Shown: positions 1 through 13,172, counted from the first letter of the whole stretch. The stretch: DNA of 63,951 nucleotides, filler included, from Octopus bimaculoides (GCF_001194135.2; 5 parts of 4 records of this genome joined end to end with filler, not necessarily neighbours in it), one strand, 5' to 3'. Notes: generated by a model not told the origin, from the letters alone. A program made the numbers and translations.

Positions 1-200
1 CGACCACTCAGAGAGTGTAGTGGGTGCTTTTACGTGCCACCCGCATGAAGGCCAGTCAGGCGGTACTGGCAACGGCCACGCTCAAAATGGTGTATTTTAT
101 GTGCCACCTGCACAAGAGCCAGTCAAGGGGCACTGGCAACGATCTCTCTCGAAAGTCCTTAAACATGCCGCGGGCGCAAGTGCCAAAAAGGCGACACTGG
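1..200 (-). mobile_element. 3' end fragment of RTE-type LINE family (continues off window)
   Basis: Positions 1-41 are the reverse complement of ggtggcacgtaaaagcacccactacactctc.gagtggt seen at 1799 and 9658. Confidence 0.7.
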
Positions 201-379
201 GCCCAGGTGCCTTCACGATTTTGCTTTCCCCAATAAGTCTTCGCAAGCTGAGTTTTGTGTCCAATGAAGGAGACAACGTTGGCATGGGTGCCACTGAAAA
301 CAAAGACATAGCTAAAATACCTTTCATCTTAGGTCTACTTGGTCAGAGGTGATATTAAGTCAATGAATAACAACAACTA

Positions 380-718
<339 letters not shown>

Positions 719-1247
719 TTACCAACAACTAGAAAACCATGCTTAAAATGTAGAAACAATTTGAAATGGTAATATGTCTCCAACAATATTCAATTAATAA
801 TCATAATACATTAATAGGAACAAAAGTGACAAATATAAGCACAGATATATATTATTCATAGATGGAATGACGGTTCCAGAAAGGAAAAAAGTTGATTCTG
901 ATGCTAACTGTACAGATATGAATGCATCAAAAATACCAACCACATGTAATAGAAACCAATGAAGAATCTTTATGTGGTCAATCAATCTGCTAAAAATGGT
1001 AGCCCAATATCCTCTGAATCACATCTTACCATCTTTTGTAATTTTTGGAAACTCTTTGATTGCAAAAGCAAGAAAAAATGTGGTGGGAATGGATGATTAT
1101 AGGTGAACTGTCAACAATGACAGCAGCAACAGCTGTCACTGCCACCCACAAGGGAGAAAAAACTGAGTTTAGGATGGCTGCTTTTTAAGATGCCTTTGAG
1201 TGCTCTCCATAAAAAGCTGATCTGGGAAATTTAGTCTATATTTACTT

Positions 1248-1470
1248 GACCCTTTTGATACCAACCCAGTTGAGACCACCCCTGGAAAGCTTTATATTTT
1301 AAAGTTATCTCAATTAAAACCTATCAAAATTTAACTTTAATTTATGTTACATACACCAGTTTAATAACGAGAGAATATTTTCCTAAATTTTTCCTTATTT
1401 TCAAAATTAATCAGAATAAAACCAATATATTTCAAAAGAAATACGATGACAAAAGAGCTAAGCTATATTA
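1248..1470. mobile_element. Degenerate non-autonomous piggyBac-like MITE
   Basis: Ends ttgacccttttgatacc / atgacaaaagagctaa resemble the TIRs of the 20377-21401 element. Confidence 0.4.
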
Positions 1471-1518
1471 TTAACTAGCAGAGATAACCGGCTTGGCTCG
1501 AGATGAAAATGGCATAGT

Positions 1519-1798
1519 TTCTTTTATTGTTTTACTTGTTTCAGTTACGTAACTATGGCCATACTGGAGCACCGCCTTTAGTCAAAGAAATTGGGCCAAG
1601 ATTTATTCTTTGTAAGCCAAGTACTTATTCTATAGGTGTGTTTTGACAAATGGTTAAGTTACGGGGACGTAAACACAGCAACATTAGTTGTCAAGCAATG
1701 GTGGGAATACATACAAAGACATACTAATATACAGATATATACGAAAGTCTAGTTTCAGCTTCCGTATACGAAATCCACTCACAAGGCGTTAGTGGGCC
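1519..1798 (-). mobile_element. tRNA-derived SINE family A, 5'-truncated
   Basis: Colinear with the full copy at 23594-24062 (gcaccgcctttagtc...cttattct...aaatccactcacaagg). Confidence 0.8.
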
Positions 1799-1975
1799 GG
1801 TGGCACGTAAAAGCACCCACTACACTCTCGGAGTGGTTGGCATTAGGAAGGGCATCCAGCTGTAGAAGCTCTGCCAATCAGAGCCTGGTGTAGCCATCTG
1901 GTTCACCAGTCCTCAGTCAAATCGTCCAACCCATGCTAGCATGGAAAACGGATGTTAAACGATGATGATGATGAT
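1799..1975 (+). mobile_element. RTE-family 3' tail ending in (GAT)n
   Basis: ggtggcacgtaaaagcacc...ggaagggcatccagctgtaga...ccaacccatgctagcatggaaa...gatgatgat, shared by many copies in the window. Confidence 0.8.
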
Positions 1976-2274
1976 ATACATATATATAAATAAAAATATA
2001 TATATATAAATATATCTATAAATATATAAATATACATATATATATAAATGTAAGTATATATGTATACATATACATATATATATATATATTATTATAAAAT
2101 CTGGTAATTCGTCATATATTAATTAATATCGATTAATTATCAGGCCAGCACATCTAAAGAATCAAAGAGATTCAGAAATATTATCTGCAATCTCAGGGGA
2201 TTAAGGTACATTTAAAAAAAATAATGTCGACCACTAACGTGGACAATTAATGCGCTAGAAATAGATCACATCTT

Positions 2275-2459
2275 GTGTCTATTAAGACCTAAATTGTTCT
2301 CAACATGAAATATAGCAGCATACCAAAAACGTGAACGGGCAAGACATTTAAAATCACCTAAAAATCACCTTTTTAGGTGATTTTAAATGTCTTGCCCGTT
2401 CACGTTTTTGGTATGCTGCTATATTTCATGTTGAGAACAATTTAGGTCTTAATAGACAC
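2275..2459. repeat. Perfect inverted repeat, 89-bp arms, 7-nt centre, abutting an N gap
   Basis: 2275-2363 is the exact reverse complement of 2371-2459. Confidence 0.95.
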
Positions 2460-2922
2460 NNNNNNNNNNNNNNNNNNNNNNNNNNNNNNNNNNNNNNNNN
2501 NNNNNNNNNNNNNNNNNNNNNNNNNNNNNNNNNNNNNNNNNNNNNNNNNNNNNNNNNNNNNNNNNNNNNNNNNNNNNNNNNNNNNNNNNNNNNNNNNNNN
2601 NNNNNNNNNNNNNNNNNNNNNNNNNNNNNNNNNNNNNNNNNNNNNNNNNNNNNNNNNNNNNNNNNNNNNNNNNNNNNNNNNNNNNNNNNNNNNNNNNNNN
2701 NNNNNNNNNNNNNNNNNNNNNNNNNNNNNNNNNNNNNNNNNNNNNNNNNNNNNNNNNNNNNNNNNNNNNNNNNNNNNNNNNNNNNNNNNNNNNNNNNNNN
2801 NNNNNNNNNNNNNNNNNNNNNNNNNNNNNNNNNNNNNNNNNNNNNNNNNNNNNNNNNNNNNNNNNNNNNNNNNNNNNNNNNNNNNNNNNNNNNNNNNNNN
2901 NNNNNNNNNNNNNNNNNNNNNN

Positions 2923-3345
2923 GCTCCTTCCCGTGTTCCAGATCCCACTGTCACACCTGCCCCTTCATCACCAACACTACCTCTGTCACGGGTTCCAACC
3001 AACACACTCTCCGCATCCTACACAGTTTCTCTTGCACCTCCTCTAACCTAATCTACTGCATCAGATGCAACTTATGTGACAAACTATATGTGGGTCAGAC
3101 AGGCTGCCAGCTGGCTGACCATTTCACCGAACACCTAAGGGACGTTCGGCGAGGTTCAGACTCCCTCGTTGCCAGTCATTTCCACTTGGCCAACCACTCC
3201 CCCTCTAACATCTCCGTTTTTCGCCTCACTCTGCACCACGGATCCACTCCCTCGCGACTCCACCTGGAACAGCGCTATATTTTCAACTTACGAACAACTT
3301 TCCCCTTCGGACTCAACACAGTCCCCACTTCTTATGACTGTCTCC
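2923..3345 (+). mobile_element. Penelope-like element (Neptune-type) 3' fragment: Zn-finger + GIY-YIG endonuclease
   Basis: Frame from 2925: SFPCSRSHCHTCPFI...FSCTSSNLIYCIRCNLCDKLYVGQTG...FTEH...VASHF...LEQRYIFNLRTTFPFGLN. Confidence 0.9.
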
Positions 3346-3479
3346 TCTACGACGAAGCAACACTTTTCTTCATTTTTTTCATTATTTTATTTTTCCTTAT
3401 TGTTTTTTTATATTAATCCCTCTTATCCCTTATCCACTTTACCTTATTACAATTATTCACAATTTATTTCATCTATTCC

Positions 3480-4290
3480 TACATGTACACATACCCACAC
3501 ACATGAAAAAATACACGCACCCATACACACACATGAACGCACACATACCCCCCCCCCCNNNNNNNNNNNNNNNNNNNNNNNNNNNNNNNNNNNNNNCCCA
3601 CACACAACACACATGCATGCACTTACACGCTCAGATTCGTCCACACACTTATACAAACGCACACTTGTGCACACACACACACGCACACATATACATGCGC
3701 ACACACCCATGCACACATAAGCCATATATACCCCCATTCACATATACCTCCCACACACCTGACATATACACCTCCCACACACCTGACATATATACCACCC
3801 ACACACCTGACAACATGCATGATAAACATACATGCGCGCCCACACACACATAGACGAACGCACACATATATACACACAAACACGCACAGTGATACACACA
3901 CTCACACACACAGACACATATACACTCATATACGTGCACACGCCTACACACTACATACACACACAGCCACATACATATACACACACACAGAAGTGCATAC
4001 ATGCAATAAAACGCACACATACTTGACACACATCTTTATGCTCATACATACACATACGCACACACACATATACACATGCACACGTACACACATTTACACA
4101 CACACACACATACCTCTCATACACAACACACACTCACACAAACACGCATACAATTACACACACAAGGGCATAAATGACATGCACATGCACGCATGTACAT
4201 AAGCAAACGCATGCACACACACATACACACGCATGCACGAAAATTATACACAATATACACATACACACACATACACATACATACGCATAC
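3480..4290. repeat. Compound (CA)/(TA)-rich microsatellite
   Basis: Degenerate ACAC/ATAC runs. Confidence 0.95.
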
Positions 4291-4429
4291 AATATGGACA
4301 GATTTTGGAATACCGATGAACTTTTATGTAAATGTATCAACTTAAAGGATAAACATATTACAATGTATATTACAATGGATATTACAATGGACAATACCAA
4401 GTGGACTCCCCCTCTTTCTCTCACTTTTA

Positions 4430-6460
4430 CTTTGTGATATAATGCTTGGGATGGCAAATTTGGATTCCTTGGCACTATGCAGTGGCACTCAGTTCTAGTA
4501 TTTGTGTATTTCTCAGTGCCAAAGTTTGGGACAAGTTCTTCCAGATGTATATTATGGCATATCTTTCTTGCCTACGCTCTAAGGAATAGAGTCTTAATCT
4601 CTTGAGTCTTTCCCAGTAGCTTATATGCTGCATAGAGGCTATCTTCTTCGCGTAGCTTCATTAGATTGCCTCAAGTTCTGAGATTAATTTGACAATGGTT
4701 GGTGACCATAGCTGAGAGCAATAGTCAAAGGGGCTTAGGACAAGTGTCCTCCAGAGGACCAGCATGGTTTCCTGATCTCTTGTTCTAAAAGCTCTAAGAA
4801 TTCATCCGGTCATCTGCCTGCATTTCATTGCCAATTTAGCAACATGCACATGGAAGGATGCATCATTACTCATGTTAATGCCCAAGTCTCGCACTGACTG
4901 TGCCTCTGAGATTGCATTCCCCCCAGGTCCAGTGTATTTAATGGGTATCGCATTTAGTTCTGCAGGCTGAAACTTTTCAGCATTAAACTGCAAGCTATTC
5001 TTTTCAGCCCACTTGTATATTTCATCCAGCTCACATTGCAGGTGCATAGTGTCTTCAGGGTTCTGTATTACCTGTGAAACTTTTGTATCTTCTGCATAAC
5101 TTGTGATCGTGGCTCTCTGTGTGGCTGAGGGCATGTCTGAGAGGCCCATTATGAACAGTAGTGGTCCCAAAACAGTGCTTTGCGGGACACAGCTCAATAT
5201 TTGCGTGTCATTGGAGGTGGGCCCCATTGGCTACTACCACCTGACTTCTATCCTTCAGAAAGTCATGACGCCATTCTCCCAATTTTCCAACTATGCCAAG
5301 ATCACACAGTTTGTGACATATCATTTCATGATCGACTTTATCGAAGGCCTTTTCAAAGTCAAGATATATCAGTTCCACATTTGAGTGGTTGAGCAGCTGT
5401 TTCAGCACCCAATCATAGTGTTGTAAGAGTTGAGTTAGGCAGCTTCTTCCTGGTTGGAAACCATGTTGGGAGTCAGTCAGCAAGTCATTTTCCTCAAGGA
5501 AGGTGATTAGTTTTCCTCTGATTATTTGTTCCATGATCTTGCTGATGTGCGAGGTCAGTGAAATAGGTCTATAGTTCTTGGCCTCTGCTCTGCTGTGGTG
5601 GTCTTGTGTATTGGGGATAGTCCCATCTGTGAGACTGATGTAGCCAGGTCAGCTACTGTGCAATCTTTTGTGCCATGCACAAAAAAGATTGTTGTTCAGC
5701 CGCTGCCCTTTCAACAACATGTTGATAAGTCTGGTTTGAAGCACGCACTACATCTGCGTACCTCCGTTTTGGGGCAGGTGGTGCGTAGTCCTTTCCTTTC
5801 AGCAGGTGGTTTCTGGCCTGTTTCATGTTTATGTGGCGGGGTCTTTGGTGTGCAAAACGGTAGCTTGCACCTCCCTCTCGATGCCAGTAGGCACCTTTCA
5901 AGTAGAATTTGCACATTCATGTGTGCTGTCTCTTTTTATCCTTTTTGTTATATGGGTAGTCAGGTTTGCTTCTTTCTTTGGCTGTTTCATCTTTTGTTTT
6001 TGTTTCACCTTTTGTTCCTTTTAGTTGTTCTTTCTTGGCTCTTTCACCTCCACAGTTTTTCACTTTGATGGTGTTAGGGGCACTTGCACTTGAGTTTACT
6101 TTCCAGGCAGGTTACTCGCTTGAATTTTCTTCTTTGTTTTTTTTAGTGTCTACCAAGTGTGTGTGTGTGTGGGGGGGGGGGTGACATCTTTCATCTACAT
6201 CTGTGCATCCGTCCTCGGCATCTTTGCTGTGTTCATTATCAAAGATGGCATCAAGAGTGCTGATGTAGGATCGTATGAGAGTGTCGGAGCGTGTAAACTC
6301 CTGTTTCTTTCGTTCTATCTGTGCTAAAGTTCTTGTGTAACCATTGCTCTTCAGCGTAGCTGTGATTATATTGTTTGGGTTATCTCCTTCAGCACAGTGC
6401 CAGGCTCTCAAAAACAATGCCAATTCCATGCTCCTCCAGTTTCTGGACATTTTTATGTAT
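4430..6460 (-). mobile_element. CR1/L2-type LINE, decayed: ORF1 remnant (Myb/SANT-like + CCCH) fused to RT; endonuclease region missing
   Basis: RT: KNYRPISLTSHISKIMEQ, QHGFQPGRSCLTQLL, YLDFEKAFDKVDH, VPQSTVLGPLLF, YAEDTK, QFNAEK, with frameshifts. Upstream: CKFYLKGAYWH...RFAH (5653-5916) and W...E..LF..W...GYTRTLAQI.RK (6112-6450). Confidence 0.9.
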
Positions 6461-6499
6461 ATTTTATTTATTCATTTATTTTTTAAAATTTAATGGGGT

Positions 6500-7140
6500 G
6501 ATGGAGGGTAGTGAAGAAATAAAGAAAGTGTGTCTAAACATTTAGAGAGATTGAGAGGCTGATAGAAGAGAGAGAGAGAGAGTGTTTGTGTCTATATATT
6601 TAGGAAGATTGAGAGGTTGAGAGAAGACGGTGTGATAGAGAGAAGTGAAGAGACAGAGAGAGAAAGAGAGAGAGGGAGTATGTATTTATAATAGAGGTTG
6701 GGAGTCTGAGAGAAGTGAAAAAATAGAGAAGAGAGAGAAAGAGTGTGTCTATATATACATATATACACATACACACATATATATATATACATATATGTAT
6801 GCATACACATATATATATATATATACTATATTTAGGGAGTTTGAGGGGCTGAGAGAAGGAAGGTGTGATGGAGAAAAGTAAAGAAAAAGAGAAAGAGAGA
6901 GTGTGTGTGTCTATGTATTTATAGAGGGGAAATAGAGAGAGAGAAAAAGGGAAAAGAATAGAAGAGAGATTGAGGGTCTGAGAGAAGAATTATGGGATGA
7001 TGGAGTGAAGTAGAGAAAGAGAGGAGAAGATAGTGAAAGGGGAAATGACGGTGTGATGGAGAATAGAGAGAGAGAGAGTAAAGTTACGCAAACTCTTGAA
7101 AAGGATTCGACTTGGATAGGGAAAAATAAATAAAGGAACA
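6500..7140. repeat. (GA)-rich polypurine / (TA) compound microsatellite
   Basis: AGAG runs with TATA/CACA inserts. Confidence 0.9.
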
Positions 7141-7782
7141 AATAAATATATACCTATCTGTAACTACGGAAATTCTCTTAAATCAGGAGTCATGAAAGTT
7201 AAACCTCTCTACAATAATCAATAATCTCATAAGTCGGAAGCAAAACATAGAGAAAAGACCTTATGTAAATTTAACCGTCTACTTTCCCCTAATAATAGCC
7301 TNNNNNNNNNNNNNNNNNNNNNNNNNNNNNNNNNNNNNNNNNNNNNNNNNNNNNNNNNNNNNNNNNNNNNNNNNNNNNNNNNNNNNNNNNNNNNNNNNNN
7401 NNNNNNNNNNNNNNNNNNNNNNNNNNNNNNNNNNNNNNNNNNNNNNNNNNNNNNNNNNNNNNNNNNNNNNNNNNNNNNNNNNNNNNNNNNNNNNNNNNNN
7501 NNNNNNNNNNNNNNNNNNNNNNNNNNNNNNNNNNNNNNNNNNNNNNNNNNNNNNNNNNNNNNNNNNNNNNNNNNNNNNNNNNNNNNNNNNNNNNNNNNNN
7601 NNNNNNNNNNNNNNNNNNNNNNNNNNNNNNNNNNNNNNNNNNNNNNNNNNNNNNNNNNNNNNNNNNNNNNNNNNNNNNNNNNNNNNNNNNNNNNGAAATT
7701 TCTTGGCGATTTTCTCGGAGCTTAGAAAAACATGTGTTGATCAGAGGCCGCCATATTTGTATGTATATACATAGATATATAT

Positions 7783-7869
<87 letters not shown>

Positions 7870-7889
7870 TATATGTACACATGTGTATA

Positions 7890-8185
7890 TGTAATGTGAG
7901 ATAATAGTTTCAGTTTTAATAGTTTCACTATCTACATGTCACATACATAGTGAAACTATTAACTCACATTACAAGAGAGATCTTATTGTTTCACTTTCGA
8001 CACCTAATACTGAAACAGTCTAAGAGATTGCTCCAGTCTCACATGAGGTAAGAAGTTGAAAATTTTTGTGGCCCATAACTTTCCCTGGACCCAAAGTAGT
8101 GTATATGTAAAATTTGAATGAAATTGGTTGGGTAGTTCTCAAGTTTTCATGATGCACACATTCTCAAGTTTATATATATAGATAA
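7890..8185 (-). mobile_element. Helentron/DINE-1-like non-autonomous element
   Basis: aaatttgaatgaaattggttg.gtagttctcaagtttt...tatatatata, shared with 40105-40335 and, in reverse complement, 30672-31035. Internal gtgagataatagtttca / tgaaactattaactcac hairpin. Confidence 0.6.
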
Positions 8186-9179
8186 CTAAGTGTTGAGCTT
8201 TTGTCAATGAAACTAATTTCTTTCCAACTTCCACCTACTTCAAACAGCTGACCAAAAGTAATTCTAACTACCTACATTGATGACATTACTTGAGTAAGAA
8301 ATTGTAACTCTATGTTATGTGCATTAATGTTATCTGGTAAGCCAACTGTCAACTGTTTTCAAAGTATTTAATTGTGAAAAATGACACATAAATAACTAAA
8401 TAAAATTCCCCAAACAGAAATAATTTGATTGTAAATAATTTTGGCAGTAATTGAAATACCAGTTACAAGCTGGTAGTAATTTAAAGGAAAAATACACTGG
8501 AGTGGTTTTCTACTGCCTAAATGAGGTTCGCAAGATGACCTTAGTATTACAAACCAAGAAAATGTTCTCTAATTTACAGCAGCAAAGTCCCTGCAGTACT
8601 TACTTTTAAAGCCATGTAAACATTGTAACTCAAGTGTGTCAGACATGCATAAAATGGTAGTGACTGCCCAATACACAATGAACTTGGCTATATCTGTATA
8701 TACTTATAAACCACCCAACCACTGCCAACAACAACAATAATTCACTACAGTAGGAGAGTATCTCATTGATATTAATATTTTATTTTTTAATTTTAAAGTG
8801 TCAAATAAATTAGGCTGAAGCTGTATGCACTACCATTACCATATAGTTATTGAGTTAGATGTTACATGAGCCATTGACGGTGCCTCAACACAGTCACTTG
8901 ACTTATTAGAAATATCAAATCTCTCACAAGCACACCCTATCATCTTGAATAACATAGTCCTAGATATACTATTCCTGAAAACAAGATGAGGTAGTCATAG
9001 TTGACAGACATTTTATCATTGGCATGCTGAATCAGGATTAACCTAAGTATAAACAACATCCAGATGTGATAAAAGTACAAAATATTAGAACGCTTATTAT
9101 TTAGATGCTCTATCTGGTATTAAACACATTATATACAGATAGTTTTCTCTATACATTTTAATGAAGGGTGACTACTTAC

Positions 9180-9320
9180 ATTTTCTCGGGGAGGTTTTAC
9201 TGGAGGCTTATCTAATTCTTGTCGAGATACAAGCAACTCCACATCATGACCCATTTTGGTATTACGAAGAATTGTCACAGCTTCTATCTGGCTCTTTCCT
9301 GTCATCTCAACACCGTCCAC
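9180..9320 (-). CDS. PARD3: Par-3 exon, PDZ2 C-terminal half: VDGVEMTGKSQIEAVTILRNTKMGHDVELLVSRQELDKPPVKPPREN
   Basis: Acceptor ttcataacag, donor AAT|gtaagt. 141 nt, phase 0-0. Matches human [35 protein letters not shown] (recalled). Confidence 0.97.
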
Positions 9321-9514
9321 CTGTTATGAATAGTCAATTAAAATTTTTTTTTCTTCAAATACACAAGAAAGACAGAGTTAGCTATTTTAAGAAAAAGGGG
9401 TACTTTTCAAAAAACAAAAAGGGTGTTTTGCAAATAACATAAAAAAATCAAAATATAAATAATCCTAATTATTTTTTATAAAATTCAGCATTTTAAATTT
9501 AGCACCATTCAAGT

Positions 9515-9860
9515 GTTGTTGTTACCAGTGCCGCCTGACTGGTTTCCGTGCCAGTGGCATGTAAAAAGCGCCATTTGAGTGTGGTTGTTGCCAGTGCTGC
9601 CTGACTAGTTCCTGTGCCGGTGGCACGTAAAAGCACCATTCGAGCGTGGTCAATGCCAGTGGCACGTAAAAAGCGCCCACTACACTCTTGAAGTGGTTGG
9701 CATTAGGAAGGGCATCCAGTTGTAGAAACTTTGCCAGATAAGATTGGAGCCTGGTGCAGCCTCCTGGCTTGCCAGTCTTCAGTCAAACCGTCCAACCCAT
9801 GCCAGCATGGAAAGCAGACATTAAACGATGATGATGATGATGATGATGATGACGATGATT
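9515..9860 (+). mobile_element. RTE-family 3' tail with repeated gtggcacgtaaaa subunits and (GAT)n end
   Basis: Same family as 1799-1975. Confidence 0.8.
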
Positions 9861-10510
9861 ATATATCTGTTAAACAGAAAATGCATATGCTTAGCTATAT
9901 TTCACATTCTAGGTAGTAACACTAACCTCAACCCTAACTTACCATCCAAGACAATTATATATTTTCTGGTTACTACCAAACAGAAAGCTTTCATCAAGAA
10001 TACAGGCATTACTAGCATTACAGAATTCTACATTCCTAAAAATCTTACCAAAATGTAAAATTCCCTAACATGAAACACATTTTCTCACTGATTTCTATGT
10101 TATAACTAAGATGCTGTTAAATATAAATCAGAAAATGTAAGTAGAGAAGTGAAACAGAAAGAAGTACTGTTTGATTAAAGTCTGGTCAGTTGGATTGATG
10201 CATGTACAATGAAGTTAAGGATGGTTGGATAGATGTTGACAAGTACGAAGTACGTTGAGATCAATAAAAAACAAGGTCAGATGAATTGGTGCCTGCATAA
10301 ATAAGGTAGTGGGGTAGAGGAGGGAACATATGGTAAGGTTAGCTTAAAAAAAAAAATTAAAAAACTGATTTTATTTTTAAAATTAAAATATACAAGTTTC
10401 TATACAGGCAGAATTACAAGACATATCCCAAAACTAGTGGTCATATTTTAAAATTTCTGTAAGTGCAAAATTCCAAGATATGCTTGTGCTTTACTGAATT
10501 GTTTGTGTCA

Positions 10511-10780
<270 letters not shown>

Positions 10781-11628
10781 CTATTTGAATAAACAGCTGA
10801 AATTACACTTCAAAGGAATTTTTAAAATCATATTAAACACATTATACAAGGCACAACAGAAAAACCTCTTATATTTTACATGTTCATTGGTGAGGTGCTG
10901 GTGAAGTCAAGCAGATGGTAGTGGTTGTCTTCATGTAGCTAATGTTTTACTGTTTTTTTTTCTAGTTATCATGGTTTGAACAGGTGCATACCAAACATTT
11001 GTTGTTAAAAGAATGCCTAGCCTGAGGGCTTTTTGCCATACTCTGTACAAGAAAGCTCCATATAAAATTAACATTTTATTACTAATACATCTTAATATTA
11101 AAATTAGAAACCAAATGACTAAGTACACAGTGCTAATAAGAAATAGATATAAACAAGTGGATAAAAGTCTTGTGAGATTTTGTGTACAAGGGGGAAGTTG
11201 TGTACAGTTGTGGTTGCATATAAATTAGACAGTAATTTCAGTTTCCACTGGATATTATAATTTTTTTTTTGTGTAAATGCTCAAAGGGGTGAGGGGAACA
11301 TCTCCAATGTCAATACTATCATCAGAACTTTAACATGTAAATGCATACAAAGCTAAATTTTATTTGCCCATTCTGTTGTCTTACAATTTCTTTAAGGAGC
11401 TGAAAAGGTATTTGTTTGGGAGTAGTCACATTATTGATTTATATATTATAGGATGTATCAGCTTATATAACACACAAATATTTTTGTAAATTAGATAAAT
11501 AACAACATATGGTCTAAAAAAGTTAAGTCTTATTTGAAAATTGAATAAAGATAGATGGCTGAAAGAATGCATTAGTCAGATCCATTAGAATTCAAATGAT
11601 AATAAAAACCTAAATGTAAAATAATCAC

Positions 11629-12119
11629 CTTTCTTTAGTTGTATTAAAAGTTTCTTGCCAATTTTTCGAGTATTTGTGGAAGCACTAAAAGCAGATTTAT
11701 CTTTCGTTGACAAAGCAGTGGTGGGATGTCTTGCAGGCACTGCAGGTGGTACTTTTTTATTTGGTGAAGATGGATTAGATTCTTCTTCACCGCTTGATGC
11801 ACTTTTAAAATAAATGTCGTTTTCTTTATCAAAGGCACATTGGCTTGTGTCGTGTGAAGGGGGCATTGAATATTGGTTTTCAGATAATTTTTCATCTGTC
11901 TGTTGAGAATTCTCATTTATAGCAGTTTCTGTTTGTTCATCAAAGTCTTCAGAGGAAGGAAACTTTTGTGGTTTTGATTTAGGCAAAGGCTTTTGATTCC
12001 GAACTGTTGGCTTTGGAAGCAAAGGAGGTGGTTTTTTGGGTAATGGGGGTGGGATAGATTTTAGCACCTTTAGTTGAATTTCATCAGTCCTCATGGCATC
12101 TCGAAAAATATTCTGTGCA
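11629..12119 (-). CDS. PARD3: Par-3 large exon: end of PDZ1 (AQNIFRDAMRTDEIQLKV), Pro/Ser-rich linker, start of PDZ2 (TRKIGKKLLIQLKKG)
   Basis: Acceptor cttttgttttaatag, donor AAA G|gtgatt. 491 nt, phase 2 to phase 1. The end matches human NTKKIGKRLNIQLKKG (recalled). Confidence 0.95.
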
Positions 12120-13172
12120 CTATTAAAACAAAAGTTATGAAGTAAAAAAATTTAACTTGTATAAAAAAATAAAGGAAAATATTTTGTTTTTCAACTTTTT
12201 ACACAGAAGAACCCAGAATTTATGAATACAGTCTCTAAATTAATATAAGTGTGTAGTTTCTCAGCTTAACATACAATTACTCATAGTATTATAAGAAATA
12301 TTAGCATAGTATCTATTGACATGGTAAATTTTATAGAAGGTGCAAAATTAGAGAATCATGACTGCATCATATACTTCTATGCAATAATATATAATACAAG
12401 TTGTTATTTAGACCTAGGTCAGCTCTGATCAGGTAGACACATGATCAAAGCACAGCAAGCTATGATCACCACCATCTTATTTTAAAATGATTTATCAAGA
12501 ATCACATTAACCAATATGTCCATCTTTTTTAAGATGGTAAAGTGTGGTTCAAGGGCTATTTAGCTGCCAGTTCTTAAAATGATCACAAAGAGGTCATTCG
12601 TAGGCATGTATTAGTTAATATAAAATATATAAACATTATTGGTTGCACATAGACTATGTATCACTGATAACGTTTACATTAGTAGAGCTGCTTTTAATTT
12701 GTAATAAAATATATTTTGCGGAAAAAAACAGAGATTAAAAGCCTTTGGTAAAATTTTCCTTTCAGCAACCTTGCTCCATATGTAATTGAGAAAGAAAAGA
12801 AAAAAAAGAGTGTCCTCACAAGTGTGCACAAACATTGAACATAGAGGAATATGACAACTCTTCAACCCTCTTTCAAACTAATATAAGCCACATATTGGGT
12901 GGGTGGGGGGACGACGACGACAACAAAAATAAATGGATATTATGCAGGAGAAAAAAGATACACAAAACTGGTAACTTGTTTAGTTCGGTCACACACACAC
13001 ACACAAATATACATATATGTACAAACATACACACATACATATACATACAAGTCAAACTCCAGCAAACTCAAATTTTCATAATTTAGTTTTTATTTTTGTA
13101 TTTTCATAACTTTCAGGTTATTTTCAACAATTATCACAATGAAATGTTATATAACAATTAGGTCTAAGTAAA

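Noticed and set aside
20-352. 110-aa + strand ORF at the window start
   Set aside because: Begins within a retroelement tail in reverse orientation; no protein similarity recognised.
3453-4475. Numerous His/Thr- or Cys/Val-rich ORFs (also 18588-19617, 38236-38660, 53991-54992, 55900-56253)
   Set aside because: Translations of (CA)/(GT)/(TA) microsatellites.
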